Origin: Spirochaetota bacterium
GTDB lineage: Bacteria; Spirochaetota; UBA12135; COTS27; CBDBHE01
Length of the DNA stretch: 64,000 nucleotides
NCBI GenBank assembly: GCA_965205605.1
Contig: CBDBHE010000007.1
Span: forward strand, 576,229-640,228
Direction of reading: 5' to 3'
This document shows positions 9,267-20,835 of this stretch, piece after piece. Numbering within the stretch: position 1 is the first letter of the stretch; every line of letters starts with the position of its first letter. The translations under genes were made by a program, and so were the position numbers. The notes below the pieces were generated by a model. That model had not been told where the DNA came from and did no database searches. It was given only the letters and a program-made list of their open reading frames with translations.

Positions 9267-10712
9267 TTATTTAATTAATTTGATCTGATAATTATTTTTT
9301 AAATCAATGATTTGGTATCCTTTTTCAAAAATTTGTTTTCTAAGTTGATCAGCGGTTTGCCAATTTTTTTTTGCTTTGGCTTGTTTTCTTTTTTCCACCA
9401 ATTCTTTAATCTCTTGGGGAATAGAAAACACAGAAACTTGATCTGAAGGAGGATTGATTTCAAAAGTATCAAAAATCTCATTGGTCATTTTAAAAAAATC
9501 TAGAAAAAAAGTCGCTGTTTTTGGAGAAAAAGTATCTTTGTTTTTATTAAAATAAGAAATTGTTTCAAAGATTTCTCTTAAAGCTCCTGACGTATTTAAA
9601 TCGTAAGCTAATTCTTTTTTAAAATTTCCATTTCGTTTTTTAATGGCTATTTGATGGTTTTTTTGATTCTTTTCATTAGAAGCCTTTGAAGTAGATTGGA
9701 TGATTTGATAAAGTTCGCTAATGGTTTGATTAACTTTATTAATGGCTTTTTCAATGCCCCCAGCTTCTTGTAAAGTGAAGTTGTAGTGATTTCGGTAATG
9801 GGTTGACAAAAGCATATAGCGAATGGTGTTAGGATGGATTTTTTTTTTAATGAGATCTCTTAGGGTATAATAATTGTTTAAAGATTTACTCATTTTTTGC
9901 CCCTCAACGAGTAAATGAGCACAATGTAACCAATAATGAACGTGTTGTTGTTGATGATAACATTCCGATTGAGCGATTTCGTTTTCGTGATGGGGAAATT
10001 TGTTGTCGATGCCCCCTGTATGGATATCAATAGGAGAGCCCAGACATTCTTTTGTCATCGCCGAACATTCAATATGCCAACCGGGACGTCCTTTTCCAAA
10101 AGGAGATTCCCAGTAAGTTTCCCCTTCTGACTCATTGACATGCTTCCATAAAACAAAATCACTGATTTGATCACGACTGTAGTCTTCTTGTTGGATTCTT
10201 TGGCTTGCTTCTGCTTGTTGTTTTTCCAACTTAATTTTTGAAAGCTTTCCATAATTAGGAAAAGAGTTAAGTTTAAAATAAACAGAGCCATCAACACTGG
10301 TATAAGCGTGCTTTTTTTTGATAAGGGTTTGGATCATTTCAATTATTGGTTTAATAAAATCAGTTGCTTTTGGATAATGACTGGCTTTTAAAATTTTTAA
10401 AGTTTGCAAATCTTCGTGAAAGGCTTGAATGTATTGTTTGGTGTAATTTTTTAAGCTTTGATGATTTTTTTTGGCATTTTCAATGGTTTTGTCATCGACA
10501 TCGGTAATATTCATCACCAATTTTACCCGATAGCCTAATAATTTAAGAGTCCTATGAATTAAATCTGAAAATAAAAATGAACGAAAATTGCCAAGATGAG
10601 CATAATTGTAAACCGTAGGGCCACAACTATAGAGGGTAACTTCTTTTTTTGCATGAGGGATAAAAATCTCTTCTTGATTAGAAAGTGAATTATAAAAAGC
10701 AATGTTCATCAT
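9267..10712 (-). CDS. cysS: Cysteine--tRNA ligase
   Basis: CGPTVYNYAHLGNFR (HIGH-type), GWHIECSAM and KMSKSLNN. The start ATGATGA overlaps the hom stop. Confidence 0.95.
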   Translation of the reverse strand: MMNIAFYNSLSNQEEIFIPHAKKEVTLYSCGPTVYNYAHLGNFRSFLFSDLIHRTLKLLGYRVKLVMNITDVDDKTIENAKKNHQSLKNYTKQYIQAFHEDLQTLKILKASHYPKATDFIKPIIEMIQTLIKKKHAYTSVDGSVYFKLNSFPNYGKLSKIKLEKQQAEASQRIQQEDYSRDQISDFVLWKHVNESEGETYWESPFGKGRPGWHIECSAMTKECLGSPIDIHTGGIDNKFPHHENEIAQSECYHQQQHVHYWLHCAHLLVEGQKMSKSLNNYYTLRDLIKKKIHPNTIRYMLLSTHYRNHYNFTLQEAGGIEKAINKVNQTISELYQIIQSTSKASNEKNQKNHQIAIKKRNGNFKKELAYDLNTSGALREIFETISYFNKNKDTFSPKTATFFLDFFKMTNEIFDTFEINPPSDQVSVFSIPQEIKELVEKRKQAKAKKNWQTADQLRKQIFEKGYQIIDLKNNYQIKLIK

Positions 10713-12007
10713 GGGTTATTTAAAGTTTCGATACGATAAAAAGTAGGTTTTTCTGTAATAAAAGAAAAAGCAGTGATGGTTTTTAAAATTTTCAAAAAAG
10801 CTTTTTCTTGACATTGATGCGTTGTTAAGATAATGGCGACATGATGATGAATTTTTTTTTTCTGATTTAAAGTGTCGATACTAGTATTATTTTGATAAAA
10901 AACATTGGTAATTTGTTTTAAGATTCCTTTTTTTTCAATAACAGTAAGGCGCATATAATAAGCGCTCATAATTTCTTTCATAGAAACGATCGTTTTTTTT
11001 GAAAAAGCAATGATTTGATTAGAAAATGAAGCAGCTCCTAAGAGTTTAGAGCCAATCGCCACAAGATCACTAATGACAGCAGAGGCTGTTGGCAAACTAC
11101 CGGCTCCTTTTCCATAAAAAAGAGTATTGTCTAAAAAATCGGATTTAATAAAAATAGCGTTGTATTCATTTTCTACTTGAGCGAGTTCATTTCCAATGGG
11201 AATGAGTGTTGGATGGACACGAGCTTCAATGGTTTTGTTTGTAATTTCTTTTAAAATACCAAGAAGTTTAATTTTAAAACCGAGCTCTTTTGTATAAAAA
11301 ATATCTTTAGGATCAATTTTTATAATACCTTGAGTGAAGATTTTTTGGTAATTAATAGAAGTATTAAAAACGATTTGTCCTAAAAGGGCTATTTTTTGAG
11401 TTGTATCGAGTCCACTGATATCTAAAGAAGGGTCTTGTTCAGCAAAGCCTAATGATTGAGCTTTTTTAAGAGCACTTGGTAAGGATTCTTTTTCAAGGTT
11501 CATTTTGGAGATAATGTAATTACAGGTACCATTGATAATGCAGTAAAGTCCTTTGATATGGTTAGAAGCAAAATGTTCTTTTAATGTTTTTACAATGGGG
11601 ATTCCTCCTCCAATAGCGGCTTCATAAGAAAGAGTGACTTGATGTGTTTTTGCTAATTTAAAAAGTGCTTTACCGTGTTGAGAGAGGAGGGCTTTATTGG
11701 CGGTGACGACGTGTTTTTTTTTTTTGAGAGCTTGTTCGATGATTTCTTTTGCAGGGCTCGTGTTTCCTATAAGTTCGACGACAATGTCAATCGAAGGATC
11801 AGAGACAATTTCTTGATAATTTGTGCTTAATGTTATATTGGGAAATTGTTTTTTTTTTTTTAAAATATTTTTAGAACAAAGTGTTTTTATGTTTAATTTA
11901 AAACCCAATCGTTTATAAAGCAAACTTTGTTTTTGTTGTAAGATTTTAATCACTCCTGAGCCTACAACACCAGAGCCAATTATACCGATATTAATTTTTT
12001 TGATCAT
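10709..12007 (-). CDS. hom: Homoserine dehydrogenase with C-terminal ACT-like domain
   Basis: IGIIGSGVVGSGV, VVTANKALL, AAIGGGIPI and FAEQDPSLDISGLDT. Confidence 0.92.
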   Translation of the reverse strand: MIKKINIGIIGSGVVGSGVIKILQQKQSLLYKRLGFKLNIKTLCSKNILKKKKQFPNITLSTNYQEIVSDPSIDIVVELIGNTSPAKEIIEQALKKKKHVVTANKALLSQHGKALFKLAKTHQVTLSYEAAIGGGIPIVKTLKEHFASNHIKGLYCIINGTCNYIISKMNLEKESLPSALKKAQSLGFAEQDPSLDISGLDTTQKIALLGQIVFNTSINYQKIFTQGIIKIDPKDIFYTKELGFKIKLLGILKEITNKTIEARVHPTLIPIGNELAQVENEYNAIFIKSDFLDNTLFYGKGAGSLPTASAVISDLVAIGSKLLGAASFSNQIIAFSKKTIVSMKEIMSAYYMRLTVIEKKGILKQITNVFYQNNTSIDTLNQKKKIHHHVAIILTTHQCQEKAFLKILKTITAFSFITEKPTFYRIETLNNP

Positions 12008-12101
12008 TTTTAAAGTGAAAAAATAAGACTTAATAATTATCGTATCATTTTTTAAAATGTTCTTAAGTAAGATTTTTAGCTTTGATTTTTTTTCTTTTTT
12101 C

Positions 12102-12130
12102 TTGACTTCTTTTTTTTTTCTTATTATATT
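12102..12130 (+). promoter_or_regulatory. Candidate sigma-70 promoter for groES-groEL (TTGACT-17 nt-TATATT)
   Basis: TTGACT at 12102..12107, a 17-nt spacer, then TATATT at 12125..12130, about 115 nt upstream of groES. Pattern match only. Confidence 0.5.
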
Positions 12131-12243
12131 ACTGATTAGATAGAGTTTTGGACTCTCTTCATAAAAAATCTTAAAAAAATAAAAACAAATTGTTTTATTT
12201 ACTTTTATAAAAAAAAGTAAATTTTATAAAATTAAAGGAGTCA

Positions 12244-14234
<1,991 letters not shown>

Positions 14235-14267
14235 TTTTTTAATTTCTTTACAATCAATACAAGATAC

Positions 14268-14324
14268 AAAGAACAAATTTTTTTGAGACTTATTACTTAG
14301 AAAAGTTTGTTCTTTTTTTTTTTT
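14268..14324 (+). terminator. Rho-independent terminator downstream of groEL
   Basis: AAAGAACAAA (14268..14277) pairs with TTTGTTCTTT (14306..14315). The stem can be extended inward by A-T/G-U pairs and is followed by a T run to 14324. Confidence 0.6.
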
Positions 14325-14364
14325 CATGTTAAATTAACTTTAACTGTTTCCGTTTTTTCAAGTG

Positions 14365-14396
14365 ATAAAATAAAATAAAATAAAATAAAATAAAAT
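14365..14396. repeat. Pentanucleotide microsatellite (ATAAA) x6 plus a partial unit
   Basis: Six perfect tandem ATAAA units at 14365..14394, then AT. Located 38 nt upstream of the OMP start codon. Confidence 0.95.
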
Positions 14397-14413
14397 TGAA
14401 TATTATTATTCAA
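14396..14413. promoter_or_regulatory. Inverted repeat TTGAATA-ttat-TATTCAA (candidate operator) between the microsatellite and the OMP ribosome binding site
   Basis: Perfect 7-bp arms with a 4-nt spacer, read directly from the sequence. Its function is inferred only. Confidence 0.3.
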
Positions 14414-14433
14414 AATAAAAGGAGTCAAAAAAA

Positions 14434-15483
14434 ATGAGGATATTGTTATTAATAGTTACTTTATTTTTTAGTATGTCTATAGGAAAGAATCTTTTCTCTG
14501 ATGAGCACACTAAAAGTTATTTTTCTGTTGCAGCACAGGGCGATTTATGGATTGACGACGTAGGGTCTGAAAATGAGCAAAAAAACTATGAAAATGGTTT
14601 GTTTGATCTTATAGTAGGGGCAAATTTAAGTGAAAATGTTGCCGTAGAGATGTATCTTACCGCTGGAGCAGAAGATATAAGAACAGTCCCTCGTGGATCG
14701 GGTGATGACCGGTGGCCGGGTGTTGCTTTTGATGGGGTGTCACTTCTTTGGAAAGTAAATGAACATGTGGATCTTACTTTAGGAGATTATGTACTCCATT
14801 ATGGAGTTCCTAAGTTTTACCGTTTACGAAACTCAGCATTAATTCTTCCAGAAACGTTTTCTAGAGGAGCTCATGGGGTTTTTAAACTAGGTGAAAAATG
14901 GACTTTAGAAGCAGGATTAGGGGTTTTAGATCGTTTCTCTTTCAACGAAAGTTCTTTATCTTTTAAACTTGCGTGTAGTAAACTCTTCAATCTGTATGCA
15001 GGAGCTAATATTGGTTCAGATGATAATACTAGTTATTTCTATGGGCTTGAGATTTTCTTTTCTGGATTAACGATTACACTTGCAGCCAAACAAAACTTTG
15101 ATGGGATTTCATGCTTATTTTTTAATCCTGGCATTGAAGGACATTATAAAATGGGTGAAAATTTTTTACTTGATTTTGGTGTCTTAGGTGAGCAAAACTC
15201 AAATGAGGAAGTGGAAGAGGCTGAATTAATAGCTTCTTCTTTATTTCTTGACAATCGTTTAAATTTTTGGTATTACGTAGAACCAGGTTATCAGTTTAAT
15301 AAACTTTTTTCTTTAGGGCTTAATTTTAATGTTCCTTATGGAGAAAGTGAGGCACTGGGTTTAAATTTTGAACCAAGATTTTATATTGATACGACTGAAA
15401 ACACACAAACTGTTTTTTGGGTTGCTTATAATACGGAAGAAAACAAACCTTCTTTAGGAATGGAATTTAATTATAATTTCTAA
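14434..15483 (+). CDS. Outer-membrane beta-barrel (porin-like) protein of unrecognised family
   Basis: Signal peptide MRILLLIVTLFFSMSIG, alternating amphipathic strands, and a C-terminal OMP signature ending in an aromatic residue (GMEFNYNF). Strong AAAGGAG RBS. G+C is higher than in neighbouring genes. Confidence 0.7.
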   Translation: MRILLLIVTLFFSMSIGKNLFSDEHTKSYFSVAAQGDLWIDDVGSENEQKNYENGLFDLIVGANLSENVAVEMYLTAGAEDIRTVPRGSGDDRWPGVAFDGVSLLWKVNEHVDLTLGDYVLHYGVPKFYRLRNSALILPETFSRGAHGVFKLGEKWTLEAGLGVLDRFSFNESSLSFKLACSKLFNLYAGANIGSDDNTSYFYGLEIFFSGLTITLAAKQNFDGISCLFFNPGIEGHYKMGENFLLDFGVLGEQNSNEEVEEAELIASSLFLDNRLNFWYYVEPGYQFNKLFSLGLNFNVPYGESEALGLNFEPRFYIDTTENTQTVFWVAYNTEENKPSLGMEFNYNF

Positions 15484-15500
15484 AGAACTAATATCAATTT

Positions 15501-15554
15501 AGCAAAATTTCACTTCTTATTTTAAACAATAAAAAGCGAAATTTTGCTTTTTTT
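15501..15554 (+). terminator. Rho-independent terminator downstream of the OMP gene
   Basis: AGCAAAATTTC (15501..15511) pairs perfectly with GAAATTTTGCT (15538..15548) and is followed by a T run to 15554. The loop is long, about 26 nt. Confidence 0.55.
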
Positions 15555-15711
15555 CAAAAAATCAAAAAATTTAGTTAAATTTTTTGATTTTAATTTATTC
15601 TTATCAAAAAAGCTTTTTTTGGCTTAAAAGCCTTCTTTATTTATTTTTTACATAAGAAATAAGCTTATTTTATGTTAAAATAAACCTCATTAGAAAAAGG
15701 TTTACTAAAAA

Positions 15712-17430
15712 ATGTCTAATTTAAGCTTAAATGGTGCTGAAATTTTAATTAAGTATTTAGAAAAGCACGGTGTAAAGTATATTTTTGGGTATTCTGGGGG
15801 AGCTGCAATTCCTATTTTTGATGCGCTCTATGACTCTAAGATTGAGCTTATTTTAACAAGACACGAACAAGGAGCCACTCATATGGCAGATGGGTATGCT
15901 CGTGTAGTAGGCAAAGCGGGGGTTGTTTTAGTCACTAGTGGTCCTGGGGCCACCAATACAATTACAGGGATTTTGACAGCTCAAATGGATTCAGTGCCGA
16001 TGGTTGTTATTACAGGGCAAACTTTAAGCACTAATTTAGGTAAAGATGCTTTTCAAGAAGCCGATGTATTTGGAATCACTCTTCCTGTTGTCAAACATAA
16101 TTATTTAGTAAGGAATGTGAAAGAAATCCCAAGAATTATTAATGAAGCCTTTCACATTGCCACAACAGGTAGGCCAGGACCTGTTTTAATTGATGTCCCA
16201 AAAGACATTAGTTCTGCTCCTTTAGGTCAAGAAATCATAAAAGATAAAATTGACTTACCAGGGTATCAACTAGATGAATCAGTGGATCTTGATGCGATTG
16301 ATCGGATTGTTTCTCTTTTTCATCAATCAGAAAGGCCTTTAATTTTAGCCGGTCATGGGGCTTTAATTGCAAAAGCTAGCAACTCTCTTTTTGATTTTGC
16401 TAACAAAGCTAAAGTGCCTATTGTCAATACTCTTTTAGGTAAAGGGGTTTTTCCAGAAACGCATGAGTTTTCTCTTGGGATGCTTGGAATGCATGGCACG
16501 GCGTATGCTAATAAAGCATTAGTTCGTTGTGACTTGATAATGTCTATTGGTTCTAGGTGGGATGATCGCATTAATGGAAATCCAAAGAAGTTTTGTGTGA
16601 ATGCAAAAAAAATTCATATTGATATTGATCCGGCTGAAATTAATAAAGTGCAACTAGTGGATGAATATGTGATTGGTGATGCTAGAAAAATACTTGAGGC
16701 GATTGCTGAAAAAGTACAACCTTTACAGACAAGCGCTTGGATTAAAGAAGTCAGTAAATATAAAAAAAAATACCCTTTAAAGTATAAAAAAAAAGGGGGA
16801 CTTAAAGCTCAATTTGTGATTGATGCTCTTTATGACATCACTAAAGAACAGCACCCTATTATTAGTACTGATGTTGGTCAACATCAAATGTGGGCAGCAC
16901 AATTTTATAAAATTGATAAAGCAAATACTTGGCTCTCTTCTGGAGGGGCAGGAACTATGGGATTTGGCTTTCCTGCAGCTATTGGTGCTCAATTGGCTAA
17001 ACCAAAAGACCTCGTTATTAGTATTGTAGGCGATGGAGGGTTTCAAATGACTCTTTATGAACTTTCAACCATTGTCGTTCATAAGCTCCCTGTTAAAATT
17101 ATTATCATTGATAATAAATATTTAGGGATGGTGAGGCAATGGCAAGAACTTTTTTATGATAATCGTTATTCTGGGATTGATTTAAAAGGAAGTCCTGATT
17201 TTGTTAAATTAGCTCAAGCTTATGGAGTCAAAGGGTTTAGAATTAAACGTTCAGCGGATGTTGTGAAAGTCCTAAAAAGGGCTATTGCTTATGAAGGACC
17301 TTGTTTGGTGCATGCAGAAGTCGTTAAAGAAGATAATGTCTTTCCCATGATTCCCTCTGGAGAAGCAGCAGAAGCGATGATTATTGAAAATCCTACCAAA
17401 AAACTTAAAAAACCTAAAGGTAGTACTTAA
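15712..17430 (+). CDS. ilvB: Acetolactate synthase large (catalytic) subunit, ThDP-dependent
   Basis: [36 protein letters not shown] and GDGGFQM. Confidence 0.95.
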   Translation: MSNLSLNGAEILIKYLEKHGVKYIFGYSGGAAIPIFDALYDSKIELILTRHEQGATHMADGYARVVGKAGVVLVTSGPGATNTITGILTAQMDSVPMVVITGQTLSTNLGKDAFQEADVFGITLPVVKHNYLVRNVKEIPRIINEAFHIATTGRPGPVLIDVPKDISSAPLGQEIIKDKIDLPGYQLDESVDLDAIDRIVSLFHQSERPLILAGHGALIAKASNSLFDFANKAKVPIVNTLLGKGVFPETHEFSLGMLGMHGTAYANKALVRCDLIMSIGSRWDDRINGNPKKFCVNAKKIHIDIDPAEINKVQLVDEYVIGDARKILEAIAEKVQPLQTSAWIKEVSKYKKKYPLKYKKKGGLKAQFVIDALYDITKEQHPIISTDVGQHQMWAAQFYKIDKANTWLSSGGAGTMGFGFPAAIGAQLAKPKDLVISIVGDGGFQMTLYELSTIVVHKLPVKIIIIDNKYLGMVRQWQELFYDNRYSGIDLKGSPDFVKLAQAYGVKGFRIKRSADVVKVLKRAIAYEGPCLVHAEVVKEDNVFPMIPSGEAAEAMIIENPTKKLKKPKGST

Positions 17431-17442
17431 GGTAGTACTTAA
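17419..17442 (+). repeat. Perfect 12-bp tandem duplication GGTAGTACTTAA x2 spanning the ilvB stop codon
   Basis: Unit 1 is 17419..17430 and unit 2 is 17431..17442. Together they read GST* GST* in frame. Confidence 0.95.
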
Positions 17443-17451
17443 TTTTTCATT

Positions 17452-17955
17452 ATGAAAAAAAATCAAAATTTACATACGATTTCGGTTTATGTTACCAATC
17501 ATGTGGGTGTTTTAGGAAGAATTTGCCTTATTTTTTCTAGAAGAGGGTTTAATATTGAATCTTTAGTGGTCTCTCCTACTAAAGATGAGCAATATTCTCG
17601 TATGACGATTACTTCTAAAGGTGATAAAGATACTTTAAAACAAATTATTAAGCAAGTGACGAGACTGATTGATGTCCTTCATGCCATTGATCATACGGAT
17701 GGTAATGTTATAGAAATTGAAAGTGCTTTGGTAAAAATATTAATTTTAGATGCGCCATCGAGAACGTTTGTTTTACAACTAGTAAGTCATTTTAAAGCTC
17801 AAACAGTTGATTTTACAGAAGAATCTTTAGTGATTCATGTTTCAGGAAAAACTGAAAAATTAGATGCTTTTATTAGTATGCTAAGTCGCTTTGATGTTGT
17901 TGAAATCGTAAGAACAGGAAAAATCTTAATGTGTCGAGGAAAAGAAAGGACTTAA
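17452..17955 (+). CDS. ilvN: Acetolactate synthase small (regulatory, ACT domain) subunit
   Basis: HTISVYVTNHVGVLGRICLIFSRRGFNIESL, and the position directly after ilvB. Confidence 0.9.
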   Translation: MKKNQNLHTISVYVTNHVGVLGRICLIFSRRGFNIESLVVSPTKDEQYSRMTITSKGDKDTLKQIIKQVTRLIDVLHAIDHTDGNVIEIESALVKILILDAPSRTFVLQLVSHFKAQTVDFTEESLVIHVSGKTEKLDAFISMLSRFDVVEIVRTGKILMCRGKERT

Positions 17956-18021
17956 GTAATTTAAAAGAATGATAATTGTATTTTTTTTATATTATAATAA
18001 AAATACATTGGTTTTACTCCC

Positions 18022-19068
18022 ATGAAAGATTTACTTATTAACAATATTCGTATTGAAAATTACGATCCTTTTATTACGGTTAAAGACTTGAGAAATAGTT
18101 ATCTTTTAGAGGATCAAACAGCTAGAGTTATTTTAAAAGTAAGGCAAGAGTTTATTGATATTTTAGAAGGGAAAGATGATCGATTTGTTATTATTTGTGG
18201 GCCGTGTTCGATTCATGATGAAAAGATGGCGATGGAGTATGCCCAGAAACTTCTTAAATTAAAAAAGCAGTATGAAAAGAAATTTTTAGTTTTAATGCGA
18301 GTTTACTTTGAAAAACCTAGGACGATAGTTGGTTGGAAGGGACTTATAAATGATCCTTATTTAAATGGATCCAATGATATTAATCATGGACTAAAATTAG
18401 CTCGTAAATTATTAGTTAAAATTGCTTCTCTTGGTATAGGGACGGCAACGGAGCTTTTAGATCCTATTATTGCCGCTTATCTTGGGGAATTGGTTTCTTG
18501 GGTTGCCATAGGAGCTAGGACAACAGAATCTCAAACTCATAGACAAATGGCAAGTGGTTTATCTGCTCCTGTAGGGTATAAAAATGCAACTAATGGAGAT
18601 CTTTTAGTTGCAATTAATGCGATGAAATCAGCACAAGCTCCGCATAGTTTTTTAAGTGTTGATGATAATGGCAAATGTAGTATTGTGCATACAAAAGGCA
18701 ATCCTTATGGTCATATTATCTTAAGAGGAGGAGGGGGAAAACCTAATTTCCACTTAGAAGATATTGAAACAACAGAGATTCTTTTAAAAAAAAATAATTT
18801 TAATCAGAAAATCATGGTGGACTGTAGTCATGAAAATTCTTATAAAAATTATAAAAAACAATTTTTAGTGATTAAAGATATTGTTGCTCAAAAGAAAATA
18901 GGCAACCAATCTATTTTTGCTCTTATGATGGAAAGTAATTTAAAAGAAGGTAATCAAAAACTTGTTAATAATCCTAAAGACCTTGAGTACGGGGTTTCTA
19001 TTACAGATCAATGTATTGGGTGGAAAGAAACGGTTGAAATTTTTAATTTTCTTGGTCAAAATCTTTAA
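18022..19068 (+). CDS. aroG: 3-deoxy-7-phosphoheptulonate (DAHP) synthase, class I
   Basis: ICGPCSIHD, KPRTIVGWKGLINDP and GARTTESQTHRQMASG. The isoenzyme type cannot be determined. Confidence 0.9.
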   Translation: MKDLLINNIRIENYDPFITVKDLRNSYLLEDQTARVILKVRQEFIDILEGKDDRFVIICGPCSIHDEKMAMEYAQKLLKLKKQYEKKFLVLMRVYFEKPRTIVGWKGLINDPYLNGSNDINHGLKLARKLLVKIASLGIGTATELLDPIIAAYLGELVSWVAIGARTTESQTHRQMASGLSAPVGYKNATNGDLLVAINAMKSAQAPHSFLSVDDNGKCSIVHTKGNPYGHIILRGGGGKPNFHLEDIETTEILLKKNNFNQKIMVDCSHENSYKNYKKQFLVIKDIVAQKKIGNQSIFALMMESNLKEGNQKLVNNPKDLEYGVSITDQCIGWKETVEIFNFLGQNL

Positions 19069-19092
19069 TCAAAAGAATTTTTATTGTTTTAA

Positions 19093-20835
19093 GTGAATGA
19101 TTTTTTTTTATCTGGCAATGAAGCTTTAGCTCACGCTTGTCTTAAAAATGATGTCAAAATAGCAACGGGTTATCCGGGAACTCCTTCAACAGAAGTTATT
19201 GAAACACTTAAAAAGCTTGGGGGAGAGACTCAAGCTTTTTGGTCTTCTAATGAAAAAGTTGCTTTAGAAATTGCTTTAGGGGCTTGTTTTACAGGAGCGA
19301 GAACAGTGGTTGTGATGAAGCATGTGGGTCTTAACGTGGCCTCAGATCCTTTTATGACAGCTTCTTACACGGGTGTTAAGGGAGGATTTGTGGTTATTTC
19401 TTGTGATGACCCTAATATGTATAGCTCTCAAAATGAGCAAGACAATCGTCATTACGCCGCCTTTGCTAAAATACCTATGTTAGAGCCTAGTGATTCTCAA
19501 GAATCTTATGATTTTTTACGCTATGCCTTTCATCTCTCAGAATCTTATGACACTCCTGTTTTATTTAGAATGACCACTCGAGTTTGTCATTCTAAATCGG
19601 TGGTTTGCATTACCGAAGATCAAAATTCAAATCCTTTAAAAATATCTTTTGAAAACCAGCAAGAGAAATTTATTATGTTGCCTGCTTATGGGCGAAAACG
19701 ACATTATTTCGTTGAAGAAAGGATCAAGCGATTACAAGATTTTTCTAGTAAAATTAAAATTAATGTTTTTGAAAAAGGAGAAGGAGATACTCTCTATATT
19801 ACTTCAGGAGTCAGTTATCACTACTTAAAAGAAATTTTACCTAAAGCGCCTATTTTAAAATTGGCCATGTCTTATCCTTTACCGATTGAAAAAATTAAAA
19901 AATTAAGCTCTTCTTTTTCAAAAATTGTTTGTGTTGAAGAGCTCGATCCTTTTTTAGAAATGAGACTTTTAGCCGAAGGTCTTTGTGTGCAGAAAAGAAA
20001 TGATTCTTTTTATTGTGGAGAATTATCTCCTAAAAGAGTTTTAAGTCTTATTACAGATAATGAAGAAAAAGAAGAAGCGTTTGTTTTTGATAGTCAAAAT
20101 CCCCCTTCTTTGTGTTCAGGGTGCCCTCATTTAACGATTTCCATTTTACTAAGAGATCTTAATTTAAGAGTTTGTGGGGATATTGGTTGTTATACGTTGG
20201 GGGCACAAGCTCCTTTTAAAGCGATTGGTTCGGTTGTGGATATGGGAGCAAGTATTCCGATGATGGTGGGAATGAATAAAGTTTTGCCCAAGGAAGAGAA
20301 AAAACGAACGGTTGCTGTGATTGGAGATTCGACGTTTCTTCATTCGGGGATTAGTGGTTTAATAGATGCGGTTTATCAAAGTGATTTAGGGGTTGTTTGC
20401 CTTTTAAATAATGATGCAACCGCTATGACCGGTAGGCAATCTCATCCTGGAAGTTTGCAACAAGAAGCAGGAAAGCATCAAAAAGTCAATTATTCCAAAT
20501 TAGCTTTAGCTTTAGGAGTGAAGCATTTACATCAAGTCGATCCATATGATTTGCATGCTTGTAAAACAATTTTAAAAAAGGCTTTAAAAGAAGAAGATCT
20601 TAGTTTGATTATTTTTAATCGAGCGTGCGCATTGATTAGTCCTAAAGAAAAAATGATTGCAGAGACGAAAGATTTTTGTGTGCGTTGCGGGGAATGTTTG
20701 GCGGTTGGTTGTCCGAGTATTTCTTTTGATTTAAATCTTAAAAGACCAATTATTGATGAGCATTCTTGTACGGGATGCCGGATTTGCTTTGATGTTTGTG
20801 ATCATCAATCTATTGTGATGAAGCATAAATCTTGA
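19093..20835 (+). CDS. iorA: Indolepyruvate (arylpyruvate):ferredoxin oxidoreductase alpha subunit
   Basis: GNEALAHACL...GYPGTPSTE, a ThDP-binding GDSTFLHSG, and a C-terminal cysteine-rich region with a 4Fe-4S ferredoxin-type motif (CTGCRICFDVC). GTG start. Confidence 0.85.
   Translation: MNDFFLSGNEALAHACLKNDVKIATGYPGTPSTEVIETLKKLGGETQAFWSSNEKVALEIALGACFTGARTVVVMKHVGLNVASDPFMTASYTGVKGGFVVISCDDPNMYSSQNEQDNRHYAAFAKIPMLEPSDSQESYDFLRYAFHLSESYDTPVLFRMTTRVCHSKSVVCITEDQNSNPLKISFENQQEKFIMLPAYGRKRHYFVEERIKRLQDFSSKIKINVFEKGEGDTLYITSGVSYHYLKEILPKAPILKLAMSYPLPIEKIKKLSSSFSKIVCVEELDPFLEMRLLAEGLCVQKRNDSFYCGELSPKRVLSLITDNEEKEEAFVFDSQNPPSLCSGCPHLTISILLRDLNLRVCGDIGCYTLGAQAPFKAIGSVVDMGASIPMMVGMNKVLPKEEKKRTVAVIGDSTFLHSGISGLIDAVYQSDLGVVCLLNNDATAMTGRQSHPGSLQQEAGKHQKVNYSKLALALGVKHLHQVDPYDLHACKTILKKALKEEDLSLIIFNRACALISPKEKMIAETKDFCVRCGECLAVGCPSISFDLNLKRPIIDEHSCTGCRICFDVCDHQSIVMKHKS

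Noticed and set aside
12142-12156. Inverted repeat AGAGT-tttgg-ACTCT just downstream of the candidate groES promoter, examined as a possible CIRCE/HrcA operator
   Set aside because: The arms are only 5 bp. The sequence does not match the CIRCE consensus TTAGCACTC-N9-GAGTGCTAA. I found no convincing CIRCE element upstream of groES.
12008-12243. Searched the larger spacers for riboswitches, leader peptides, DnaA-box clusters and small RNA genes (12008..12243, 15484..15711, 35604..35937, 45088..45369, 53487..53598 and 60354..60538)
   Set aside because: I saw no conserved riboswitch cores, no Ile/Val/Leu- or His-rich leader ORFs, no TTATCCACA clusters and no G+C-rich structured segments. Absence by eye is not proof, and covariance-model scans would be needed.
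15557-15590. AT-only hairpin AAATCAAAAAATTT-agtt-AAATTTTTTGATTT after the OMP terminator
   Set aside because: It is a perfect palindrome but made purely of A/T in an A/T-saturated spacer. The stability and specificity are too low to call a second terminator or an operator.
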